NCBI GenBank assembly: GCA_001938485.1
Contig: MQRK01217395.1
Span: 23,223 to 74,259, forward strand
Source of the DNA: Girardia tigrina
Lineage: Eukaryota
Direction of reading: 5' to 3'
Length of the DNA stretch: 51,037 nt
Shown here: positions 1-10,983 of the stretch, one piece after another
Numbering within the stretch: the stretch's first letter is position 1
How the letters are laid out: each line of letters opens with the position of its first letter
Notes under the pieces: model-generated
The model's database searches: none
Seen by the model: the letters and a program-made list of their open reading frames with translations, nothing else
What the model was told of the DNA's origin: nothing
Program-made: the position numbers and the translations under genes

Positions 1-138
1 TTTTTTAGTAATGCGTCTAAAAGATATTAGTTGAGGCAATCCGAGTTGGCAGTTTAATTTACTTGGCTCAATTTTTTTTAAATCGCTTTTTAAATAGACT
101 GGGGTCCATTTGACCCCAAAGCACAGAGTGAAGGTTAA
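1..138. mobile_element. Probable end of a piggyBac-like non-autonomous element
   Basis: Subterminal palindrome ggggtc-cattt-gacccc, then ...aagg followed by TTAA (135-138). The other end is outside the window. Confidence 0.35.
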
Positions 139-495
139 TGAACGGTTATGAGGTTTGAAATATTAATTTTCAACTCTAAAATTCAAATCGTTTTATTTTC
201 AAAAGTTTTTGACAGTAAAATGTGTAAGTTTTCGAGTATCGTGTTGCTTCACTTTAAGGTGAATGAAATATTATGGGAAATACAAATTAATAATCAAACT
301 GAATGAACTAACATGATTAAAACACAATTAATGTCTCTGTAATCTTCTATCGTACTTTTAAAATGAACCAAAGCCGCTGTTTTAATATGGTGTGGTCTGC
401 CTGTGTTTGATAAAATAATAACTCCCGAGAAACGGGATGGAACATCAAGATGGAAAACGTGATAAAACATTACTAAAATTAATCCAATACAACAG

Positions 496-722
496 CCGCG
501 CAATTATCCGCCATGGCCAGTCAAACCGGTGTCGAGTTGACCCCGGCCGCTGCCATGGCAGCCGCAAGCTTAATGGCGGCCTGCAACCAGATGAATCATC
601 GGTCAAATGACCAGGCCAACTGGGGATTCGGTTCGAATCAGACTCAGACCGCCATGTATCAACCGAACAACGTTATCGATAACGGCAATTCGGTCGTTCT
701 CGTCACCAATTTAAATGCCGAG
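496..722 (+). CDS. PTBP: PTBP-family internal exon (linker and start of RRM3, ...SVVLVTNLNAE)
   Basis: Ends in the RRM3 RNP2-like VLVTNLN followed by the donor GAG|gtaata (723). Candidate acceptor aacag ends at 495, so the 5' boundary is less certain. Upstream exons are not visible in the window. Confidence 0.8.
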
Positions 723-948
723 GTAATACCGATAATTTACGATTAATTAATCACTAACAATTAATCCAATTTAAAAGAGGAATTATTACGGTTGAAAAAT
801 CAAAAATTTTTAATGTTTTTTTTCATTTAAATAAAAAACCAAAAAAAATCCTTAAAAAAATTAATATTATCATTTTGAAAAATATTTTTTTCAACCGTTT
901 TTTCTTTTTTTTTGTTGTTGTTTTTTTATAAAAAATGTTTAAAAACAG

Positions 949-1216
949 TTAACAATTAATTTTTTTTCACTTTTATGTTTGCGCTTCATTTGCCGCGGTT
1001 TTTTGTGGATGATGATATTCGAATTGTGTAATTTTCGAAAAATAATGTTTTTTGTGTCTCATCTAAATCGAACTAAAATTTCCATTGAAATTCACGTCCG
1101 TGTTTTCCGCTCCTCCTACTACTATTCATCCTCCTGCTCCTCGAAACCACCGTCATATCCTGTGTCTCCTCTCCTCTACACCGCCCGCACCTGTGTTGGT
1201 TGGTTGGTGATTTTAG
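949..1216 (+). promoter_or_regulatory. Extended 3' splice-site region: AG-exclusion zone, candidate distant branch point and CU-rich silencer
   Basis: No AG dinucleotide between 948 and 1215. gttaac/attaat at ~948-960 is followed by a U tract, and a C-rich island lies at ~1097-1195. Confidence 0.7.
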
Positions 1217-1250
1217 AAATCGAATCCAGATGCACTTTTTACACTTTTTG
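1217..1250 (+). CDS. PTBP: PTBP 34-nt exon (KSNPDALFTLF-G), equivalent to vertebrate PTBP1 exon 11 / PTBP2 exon 10
   Basis: ttttag|aaatcgaatccagatgcactttttacactttttg|gtaggt. Phase 0 in and phase 1 out join NLNAE exactly to GVYGDV and supply the PxxLFxLFG helix of RRM3. Confidence 0.92.
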
Positions 1251-1952
1251 GTAGGTTTGTTTTTTTTCATTTTTTTGTTTTTTTTATTTTTATTTTTGTT
1301 TTTTACTTTTATTAAAAAAAATTTTAATTTTTTTTGAAAAAATAAAACAAAAACAATTTTTTGTCTTATTTTCGTTTTTTTTAATTTGTTTGTTGGTTTT
1401 AGTTTGATTGGTTGTTATTTATAAATGATTTTTGTATGTCAAATTATCGTATTCTTATTTTTCAAAAAAACTAAAATTTCACTTGATATTTTATTGCCTC
1501 TTTTGAGGAATTGGGAAAATTTTGTATTCATTCTTATTGATTATATATGTTAATTGATTAATGTTTCGTTACTATTTTAATTTTTCAGGTGATTCTTCGA
1601 AGTCAAAAATCTTATGATAAAAGTGCATGAACCATAGAATTAATTTATTTATTGCTGTATATATAATGCTATTGTGTGTGTGGGGGGGGGGGAAATTAGA
1701 GGTTTTTTAGAAGAAAAACATTCTAAAATTAATGGAACTGAGTTTTAGAAGATTGAGATTTTAAGTCACTCTTATAACGTGTTATATCGACAGTGCTGGT
1801 AATAAAGATACATTCATATGCATTTCAGTTTAGGAAAAAACATCGCAGGAAAAACAGGAAAAATCATTTATAAATTCCTAATTATTAATATTTTTCAGTA
1901 ACAAAAAATCATTTTTATCAATTTAATTATGATAAAAAATATTTTATAATTT

Positions 1953-2517
1953 GGGTATAGTTCCGTATGGGCCCCTTCAAAAATAAGTGTTACAATATAG
2001 AAAAAAATATCAGCATTCCAGGAAAAATAATTTTAAAAAAATATTTAAAATGTCTTTAAGTCAAAAAATCTTAAAAAAATACGTAATCACTGACTTCACT
2101 GACTTGTGTATATTTTTAAATTAAACTTGTTTTTTGACTCATTATTTAAAACTATTTTTTATTTATTCTTATTTTTGCATAAAAAATAACTGCAAATAAT
2201 TTTGAAAAATATTCAATTTTAAATACAAAAAAAATTATATATAAAATATATTAAGCATACCTAAAAATATGAAACAAATCATTAAACATTTATTCCATTC
2301 TGAAATCGTGGTGCAAATATTTTCCAAATTCGAATAATTTCTAAAATAAGGCAGTGAAACCAACGATTACGTACTCAACGCCTTTATTTCCCATTGATAT
2401 TTTGTGACTTTAAAAACATTTTAAATAAATTTTTTAGTTATTTTTACTGGAATGCTGATAATTTTTTATATATTTTCGTACCTTTATTTTTACAGGGACC
2501 CGTATGGAACTATACCC
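1953..2517. mobile_element. MITE with long TIRs in the PTBP intron
   Basis: gggtatagttccgtatggg ... cccgtatggaactataccc. Inverted similarity continues inward (atcagcattccag / ctggaatgctgat). Confidence 0.75.
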
Positions 2518-2809
2518 TATAATGATTAAAGATTAAGTTAAAAAAATAAAACAAAAGAAAGTTAAAAAATTGCAAAATTTCAAGACTTATAATTAAAATT
2601 ATAATTTTTATATTTTAGTCATTTTGAATCATTTATTTTTTTAGATTTTTTATTTTCAATAATATCAATATTTAAAATTTTTTATAAAAAACTTATAATT
2701 TTTAGGTCATTTTATTTTTAAAATAAATTTTTCACGATTTTTTAATTATTTAAATAATTTATTCCAATACGAAAATAAGAATATATTAAAAAACCAACAC
2801 AAATTCAAA

Positions 2810-2927
2810 TATATATATATATATATCTATATATATATATATATATATATATNNNNNNNNNNNNNNNNNNNNNNNNNNNNNNNNNNNNNNNNNNNNNNNN
2901 NNTATATATATATATATATATATATAT
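2810..2927. repeat. (TA)n microsatellite spanning an assembly gap
   Basis: TA runs on both sides of 50 N. Confidence 0.9.
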
Positions 2928-3169
2928 TCGAATAAAAATATTTCACATGTTACAAAATTAATGTAAAGCAAAAAGTTACGATAATTAAGTATTATCACAA
3001 TTTTTTGTTTTTTCTGGAATGTTTTTTCAGGGTCCAATGTATCTCTTTACCCAAGGAAGTTGACACTCATTGTGTATTTTTTCCTTAGGTTTTTATTGAT
3101 CAAGAATCATTAGTTTATTGCTTTCCTTATCAATTAAATTAAAAACACAAGCATTTTAGAAAAAAGTAG

Positions 3170-3950
3170 GAAATTTCTCAAAAACGCAGGCTCATGACTA
3201 TTTAAGGCCGCAATTCTTTGAGCAATTGTTCACTGTAACAGATTTCCAGGTTTGAGCAACTCATAGTAAAACACTCCGTTTGCATTCAACCATATGCTTA
3301 ACAGCATCTTCTTTGGAATAATCAGTATGGGAGGAGAGATTGTTGCTTGGCCAGGGTCCACCCATGATCTTTTGCGTTCTGGATTCTCGTAATTCACCCA
3401 TTTTTCGTCACCAGTAGCAATTTCTCCAAATAAACGATTTTCACTAATGACGTACATAAAGCGAGATGCATAAACTCAATCTTTGAGCAATATTTACTAG
3501 AGATAGATGATGTGGCGCCCATCTTTCAGCCTTCAAGATTTACCCATAGTTTGCAATCTCTTTAGAATAGTGGATTGGTTTATTTCAAGTTGTATCGCCT
3601 GCTCACATGTGTTCTAGCCAGTATCATCCATAAGTTCTTAAAATTCGGTGTCCTTCATTTCTCTGGGTCGTACATCTATTTATCCTCGAGCACCATTTCT
3701 GAACTTATGGAACCAAAGCTTAACCGTCGAATAGACCACAACACTATCTTCCTATGTTTGATATATATTTTTATTCTTTGTTTCTGTAGCTTTTTTCTAT
3801 ATGTAATCATGAAAAGCATGCAATGGACGATATACAACTTGCTGGCCTCCATTATTAAACATTTTTTGAAAATGACATGAGTAAAGGAGATTTATTGAAC
3901 ATATAAAAAATTATATTAATTGGGGTCAAGAACTTTTGCATCATTCTAAT
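3170..3950 (-). mobile_element. Degenerate mariner transposon (5' TIR plus truncated transposase)
   Basis: IATGDEKWVNYENPERKRSWVDPGQ...GVFYYELLKPG is Mos1-like. TIR-like tattagaatgatgcaaaagttc on the minus strand at ~3930-3950. Confidence 0.85.
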
Positions 3951-5039
3951 AGTTCATTTCTATGAATTTCGTTCTTTTCAATAAAGTGAAACTACTTTTA
4001 ATAAATGTTTCCATCGATATTAGTTACATGAGACTTACATTTCTTTATTTTTTAGCATTTAAACTTCAAATTGATATTCTTATACATTGATAATGTATCT
4101 TTCATCATTATTTTATTACAGAAAGATATTTGGTTTTAATAAAAGTAATGGAAATAAAATTAAAATCCTTCTGAAAATAATAAAAGTGAATCTTCTGCGG
4201 AAAATAATTTAAAATATGTGAAAGAAAAATTTTTTAATTTTATGTACCATAATATGCCATTTTAAAAAATTTCGATTTAAAAATGGTGGCTGTTTTATAC
4301 CACAATACTTAAGAAAAATGGGTTCAGAATATGATATTTTTTGCAATTTTGGGATCGTAAAGTTCCTTATAGTTCGTGAAAAATGTGTTTGAAATAATAT
4401 TTTTTTCCTCAATCAAAGACCTATAACAATCTAATATGTCTATAAAACTTAGATTTCTGAATCTGTTTCGAGGTTCTTCACATGAGAGCGAAGTTGTGTG
4501 ATTTAAGTCTGTCGTTATTATTTTAATTATTAGTTTTGACGAATTCATTTATAATATATATGAATATAATACTCGGATGTATATATCACCATCAAATAAA
4601 AGGACATTGAATTAGAATTGATTGGTCCTTATTTACTATTTGATTCGATTGATGAAATTTGTCTTTATCACTTTACATTAAAAATGTTTCTATTGGAAAT
4701 GTTTAGGAAAATCCTCGATTATTTATGTCGGGAATCCACGCGGTAAATGAAATTATTGAAAAAAATCGAAATTGTATAATATTGCTCTGTAAAAATGTGG
4801 AATTACAAATATTTATGTTAAAGAGTTTTAAAAAATCAACATTGTACATGAGTGATCACAATCGTTGATCATCTTATTTGTATTGTAATTTATTTTGCTT
4901 TTTATTATGATTTTTTTAATAATTTTATTTTTATAATATATGAGATAACTATTTTTAATAAAATTTAACTTTATTGGTCATTATTCTATTTAAAAATATT
5001 TAATATTGCGATTGCTTTTCTTTTCTAATTTTGGATGTT

Positions 5040-5690
5040 TGGTTATAGTGTCTTATTAGCAGTGATACACAATACAACCTCTCATAATGTTAATCAAAAT
5101 TCTTCTGCAAAATAAAAAATTCATCGTTTGAAATTGAAGTTTTATCTTTGTAACATCTGTCTTGAACCAGAACCTTACTCAATTGTGAGTGTTCACTACT
5201 CCGAGTTTTGAGATGACGATTTATCTCCAATTACATTTGTAAACAAGATTAGTTTTTCCTAAATAGCCTGTTTTGGTTGTCACTGTAAGGTGATTTCTTA
5301 CATTGAATATTACGGACATATTTTAACATTATCGATAGTTTTATAAATGTTATTCGTAGATCTTCTAAAACCCGAATAAAGAATTTTTATAATTTTAACG
5401 GGTTCTCAAACATCATTCTTGGTTTTATAGTGGATTATATCTAGAGTGAATTCCATCTAGCATCAATTTAATACTTTTTTTGTTTATTCTGGTACATATT
5501 ATTATGTCAATGTTTTTTATGACTAACATTAAAAATATAAAAATTCCATATTCAGAAGATTTAAAAATAACATTTATAAAACTATTGATCAATAAAGATA
5601 TCGACAATTTAGTGAAAGCTAATCTTGTGTACAAATTTAATTATCACTGGTGTAAATACTTGTACATTAGAGTTTCCATAATCCTGCATG
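5040..5690. mobile_element. Penelope-like GIY-YIG endonuclease fragments in opposite orientations
   Basis: Minus strand: KTNLVYKCN...RHLKTRSSEH...FILQKNFD.HYERLYC. Plus strand 5520-5690: IKIPYS...KANLVYKFNY.WCKYLYI. Confidence 0.65.
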
Positions 5691-6084
5691 CTTTTTACAG
5701 AAGTGGATTGTAAGTTCAAGCCCTCCATACTATGCTGGCTAGCACCCTAACAAGGCAAGCTTTCGACACTAACCTTGAGAAGAGAGAGCTCTAGTTTCCC
5801 AGGGACACCGCGTGGAGGTATGTCCGACCAGCTTAGCACAGGTTATCAATGTAATAGGTCCCCATATTCAGCTGAGTACTATATACCGACTCAGGTTCTC
5901 ATACTCTATATGAGTCATTTATGACGGGTTAGTGCTGTATGATGCCGCCCTGGGGAACAGGCCTACATTGGACAGACAAATCGTCACCTCAAACCACGGA
6001 TTAGTGAACACATCATCGTAATAGTCAAGTAGATCGAGCGAGCCTTCCCCAACTGTAACGGATAACTGTATATTAAAAATAATA

Positions 6085-6460
6085 CTCAGCATTGGTGCAC
6101 AGGGTAGTGAATCATAGACTCTGCATCGGGTAAAAACCATTTGACAAATACAAAGTTTTCTGATACTTTCACACGGCTTCAGATGCAAGATTGCGAGCTT
6201 ACATTGGACAGGCACACTTCGGCTTCCCTCTGAGAAATGACCAATCATGTTCCTTTGTTCCCTGATTCTAGAGACTTGGCTGTTTAAACGCACTTTATGC
6301 AACTGGGAAATTGGAAATGAAATACTCCCTTATGCGTAATATTATCCAGCGTAAAATTCAGGATTACACTAGGAATTACTCTTTGACAGTCCTCATCAGT
6401 TACATCGACATACACTTGGCATATCATGTTCCGCGTTCTAGTTCAAAATTCCAGTACGTC
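6085..6460. repeat. Dispersed repeat, diverged copy of ~44830-45080 (probably retroelement-derived)
   Basis: Shares gcacagggtagtgaatcat and cacggctt..gatgca.gattg with 44845-44940. Stop-rich in all plausible frames. Confidence 0.5.
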
Positions 6461-6464
6461 TTTC

Positions 6465-6680
6465 TGTCAATAGTTTTATAAATGTTTTTTGTAGATCTTC
6501 TGAAACCTGAATAATGAATATTTATAATTTTAACGCGTTCCCAAACATCATTCTTGGTTTTATAGTGGATTTATTTAATTAATTAATCAATTAATTTTAG
6601 CATCAATTTAATATTTTTCTTTTTGTTTATTCATGCACATATTATTATGCAAATGTTTCTTATGACTAACGTTAAAGAAA
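6465..6680 (-). mobile_element. Second Penelope-like fragment, direct copy of ~5335-5530
   Basis: tagttttataaatg...gtagatcttct...aaacatcattcttggttttatagtggatt occurs at both sites. Confidence 0.7.
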
Positions 6681-7109
6681 CATTGCTATCTAGTCTTTCT
6701 TCCATCACCGAGTGGGCCTCCCATCTCTTTCAATGGTATTGAGCCGTAAGCTCTTTAGAGAGTCCACCACAATTAAAAAGCAATAACAGCTCCCCGATAG
6801 GCCTCCTACGAGGTTTTCAGCTTTCCACTTACAATGTCTTTTCGGACCTCCAGTAAAAACGACCAACCATGTTCGGATGTTCCATGATTTAGCATTCCTT
6901 GTGCCGTTCCCGTGGACAGTCAGTGAAGGGACAGTTTGAAATTTCCTTTTTCAGATAAATCCGATAAACGGAAATTTAGCACTTATAAGGAGATCATTTC
7001 CGAGAGATTCTTTGAAACATTCATATCGTCTACCACTCCAATCGCTATCACAACAGTCACCTGTTTTTCTTGAAGTCTCCTATTGATGCACTACCGACAC
7101 GGATAAAGG

Positions 7110-7270
7110 TTCTTGTCGAGTAATGTTCTTGAACACTGCAAATTTTGCAAAAAATCAATCATAAAAGATTGATTTTCTATTTTCGAGAAGAATTTCGATT
7201 ACCATTATGAGAGGTTGTATTGTGAATCAGACACTACAGCCCAATTGATTAACATTCAAAATGGGAACAG
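7110..7270 (+). mobile_element. Penelope-like endonuclease C-terminal fragment
   Basis: SNVLEHCKFC...FSIFEKNFDYHYERLYCES, matching the minus-strand copy at ~5060-5130. Confidence 0.6.
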
Positions 7271-7561
7271 CAAAGGGGCCTCAATATTTATCAAAAAAAT
7301 TGAACTTTAATATTATTTTCTTAAAAAATATTTTCCAAATATTATGAAAAAATTAGAAAACAAAACAAAGTCGCAGAAGATGATCGAAGATTGTGATCGC
7401 AACATGTTCAAAGTTGATTTTCGAAAAAACCGCTTTAAAAACTTCTAAAACCTTCAAATTATTGATTAATCTAGTGTAAATATATGTGTTATATCACTGA
7501 TTATTGATTATCGAGATTATTTTTATTCATCGAAAATTGTTATTGTGTTGTATTTCCAAAG

Positions 7562-8010
7562 GCGTTTACGGTGACGTCATGCGGGTGAAAGTGATGTTTA
7601 ATAAGAAAAACACGGCGCTCGTTCAGTTCGCCAATCACCAGCAGGCTGTGACTGCCATTAGAAATCTCGACGCGTGCTTTCTCTGGGGCAAGCAAATGCA
7701 TCTGCACGTGTCCAAGACCAATGTGATCCAGTTGCCGATGGAGGACGCCAATCACGGCTTGACGAAGGATTATTCCAACTCGACTCTGCATCGTTTCAAG
7801 AAGCCCAATTCGAAGAACTATCAGAATATATTTCCGCCGAGTCCCGTGTTACATTTGAGCAACATTCCTCCCACGACCTCGGAGGGCGAATTGTCGGAAA
7901 TGATTCGAAATGCCGGCTTCGATGTGAAGAAATTCAAGTTTCTACCGAACGATAAGAAGATGGCGCTGCTCGAGTTGAACTCGACCGAGGATGCGATCCA
8001 TGTCTTGATT
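7562..8010 (+). CDS. PTBP: PTBP exon encoding the rest of RRM3 and most of RRM4
   Basis: aaag|gcgtttacggtgac gives GVYGDVMRVKVMFNKKNTALVQF...LTKDYSNSTLHRFKKPNSKNYQNIFPPSPVLHLSNIP, hallmark PTB sequence. Donor att|gtattt at 8011. Confidence 0.95.
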
Positions 8011-8067
8011 GTATTTGAATTGCGTTTACGAATTTCTCGTTTATTGATTTCGTTTTTATCTTTTCAG

Positions 8068-8139
8068 GAATTTCACAATCATAAACTGTCGGACAAGAAT
8101 CATCTGCGAATAAGTTTTAGCAAAGCTGGGGCATTTTAA
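8068..8139 (+). CDS. PTBP: PTBP terminal exon (EFHNHKLSDKNHLRISFSKAGAF*)
   Basis: Acceptor ttttcag| ends at 8067. The HLRISFSK C-terminal motif of PTB RRM4 is followed by TAA, with AATAAA at 8166-8171. Confidence 0.92.
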   Translation, partial: EFHNHKLSDKNHLRISFSKAGAF

Positions 8140-10723
8140 TTTTACTTGTTGTTCATATTTAATTAAATAAATCATTTTAAGAATTCTTTTGTCTTTTGAT
8201 TTTATGCGATTAACAGATTAAAGCAATAATGTAATATATGTTTTAAGATGACGTTATAAAATAAAGCAAGCATTTACCAAAAAAATGGAGGTAAATAAGA
8301 TACTTTTAATATTACAGTGTACTATAATAACCGCAAACATCGATAAAATGCATTACAATCGGATGTCTTTCTACAAATTTGATTCATTATAGAATTATTT
8401 AAACTAAATCATACGTAATTAAAAACCAAAGATATTTGTAAATAATCAACTACAAACACGATTACATAAGATTTAGAAGTTAATATCGAATATTCGTCCA
8501 AAGCACGTTTTTAGCGTGCTATAAATATCGAGCAAAGTTGATTGGTTGAAGACTTGGTAAATAATAACAATGTGACTGAAATTATTAATTGTTTAAAGGT
8601 GGTAAAATGTTCAACACACTGTGAGCTAATTTCTTGAAACTATGCCATTTACAAATACATTACTCATTTTCTTAATCACTCATTGATCTTATGCAACTGA
8701 TTGCTGATTGGGTTTTCTACTGGCGCGTCTATTGGTCTGCGATTGAATTGGGATTGATCAATTTCTATTTGTCAATAAACATCTGATCCAATTTGTCAAT
8801 GCTTATCAACGGAAAACGGAAAACCTGAATAAAAATAATCGCTTCTACTCAAATGTTTAATTCATTTAAAATCGGATTAAATCAAAATTTAGAAAAAATT
8901 TATCAATCGATCTTTCAAGTTTTCCGTATAATTTGTTTTGGTCAAAATTATCCGAAAATCCATTTTTTAAAATTCAATGTCTTTTGGTTATATTGTGTTA
9001 GTAGAAATTTTATTTTTTTGTTATATTTCACATTATTTATTTATTTGTTTATAATGCGATTATATGATTAATATAATATATTTTTTTTATTAATAATTTA
9101 GAATAAATTATTTTTGTTTGATATTTTCGGTTTATTCATTTACAAATATTTCCCTTTGATTTAATGTTTATTTTGTTTTAAACGATAAATAAATTTTGAA
9201 AAAAATTTTTTTAAAGAGAAAAAAGAAATGTTAATGACGTACAGTATTGATTTTCAATTTATTGTGGATTTTATGAACCGAATGGTATCGATATCATTGA
9301 AATATTTAATTAAATTTTGATATCTAATTCGGTTTTTGTGTATGTCAAGTCAGAGATGTCTGAAAATTGGTTTGTGGGAATAAAACAATTATTGATTTCA
9401 CAAATTATCAAGTTACATAACATTAACGGGAAGATTAATCAAATGCAATATTATGATATTATTTTTTTAACAGTTTTTGATTAATTAAAACTTGTAATTA
9501 TTTAATAAATAAATCATATCTGAACTTTAAAGTTGATAATTTTTTTTCATATATTTTTAAAATTAATAAAAGTTTATTTTGTTTTTTTTTCTTGATAACG
9601 AAGGATGGGAAATAATTGTTTGATTATACATGATATTTTTGAAGTGGTTAGAAATAATCAATGGAACAGTGTTTCAACTACTGGATAAGGTCAGTAGATA
9701 ATTTATAAATTGGATTACTATTCATTATGTTGCCATCTAGGCCTCTTCACCAAGCGGGCTGCACATTTCTATATTTATAATTTTCAAGTGTTCCTTTTGG
9801 CATCATTACAAATATTTCACCAATAAAATTAAGTTTTCTAATTGTTCTTTTACAAATAAAAAACGAAAATAAATTATGAATTTCCAAAAATTGTTATTTA
9901 ATTTTTTTTTCAAAAAAATAATAATTTTTTAAGTACATTTTGTTTTCAAGTACAAATTTTCCGATGATTTATTATTATTCATAAAAAATATTATGACATG
10001 ATGTTTTTTAAAAAATAAAAGTATTAATAAACAAATTGAAAAAAATAATATTTTTCGAAAATAAAGTTATTTTAATTTTGTTAAAAAAATAATTTTTGTT
10101 TTTCAATTTAATTTTAGAATAAACAAAATTAATATTAAAAAAATTACAATAATAAAATATATTCTATTTATTTTTTGTTAAAAAAACTAATTATTATTCA
10201 TCGGTTATTGGATACATTGGATAATTTTCTTTTTTTTAAAATAATTTATGAAACTGATAAAATACAATTAATGTATATTTTTACCATTATCTACAAAAAT
10301 TATCTTTCAATCCTTAATTAAAATTTTTAATTTTGATTTTGTTTATTTACTTATTTAATGTTTAAATATAGATAAATAAGAAGAACGATTGATCATTAAG
10401 TTTTTGTAATTACTGATTATTTTTGTGATTGGCTTTATCTATTTACAAATTTGTCAAATATTATTTGAAAAACGAACACTTCTCTTGCTAGATCAACCGT
10501 TATCAATTTGTGGTTGTAAACTGTGTCGGGGGTCGAATGGTAATTTGCTAGGAGTTGTCCAAGACAATTGGATATTTGGGGTTTTGTCTACATAAGGCTT
10601 TTTATTGTACAAACGTTACTCTATTGGTTGTTACAGTAATTGTCACTTGACTTAGATGTTTCAGATGGTGAATTACATTATTAAAGGGTCGCAGCTATAA
10701 AAACGCTGAGAATATCTGTCCTG

Positions 10724-10983
10724 TAGTTGTGGTTTTCAACCAGGGGTCATTTGTCCCCCTATTGCGACATAGGCGAATTTGATATTCTGAAAGATAATCT
10801 TGGAACTAGATTAAATAAAAATGCAAAAATCCAAATATGATTAATTTTTGTTCATATTGTAAATATCTATATTGCTCACATAAAATTAGAACAACATATT
10901 GAAATTAATGACAACTATCATCCTGATTACTGGGGACACATTGTGTTAAAAGCAACTAAAAACAAAAATGTCGAGAAACACTG
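10724..10983. mobile_element. Degenerate hAT/Charlie-like MITE
   Basis: gtggttttcaacc... and ...gtcgagaaacactg resemble CAGTGKTTYTCAAC-type TIRs. No clean TSD. Confidence 0.4.

Noticed and set aside
979-1254. 91-aa ORF upstream of the 34-nt exon
   Set aside because: Intronic, in a different frame from the PTBP exon, and open partly because the AG-free zone excludes TAG.
7504-7561. N-terminal extension of the 211-aa PTB ORF (MIIEIIF...)
   Set aside because: Intron sequence upstream of the acceptor at 7560-7561.
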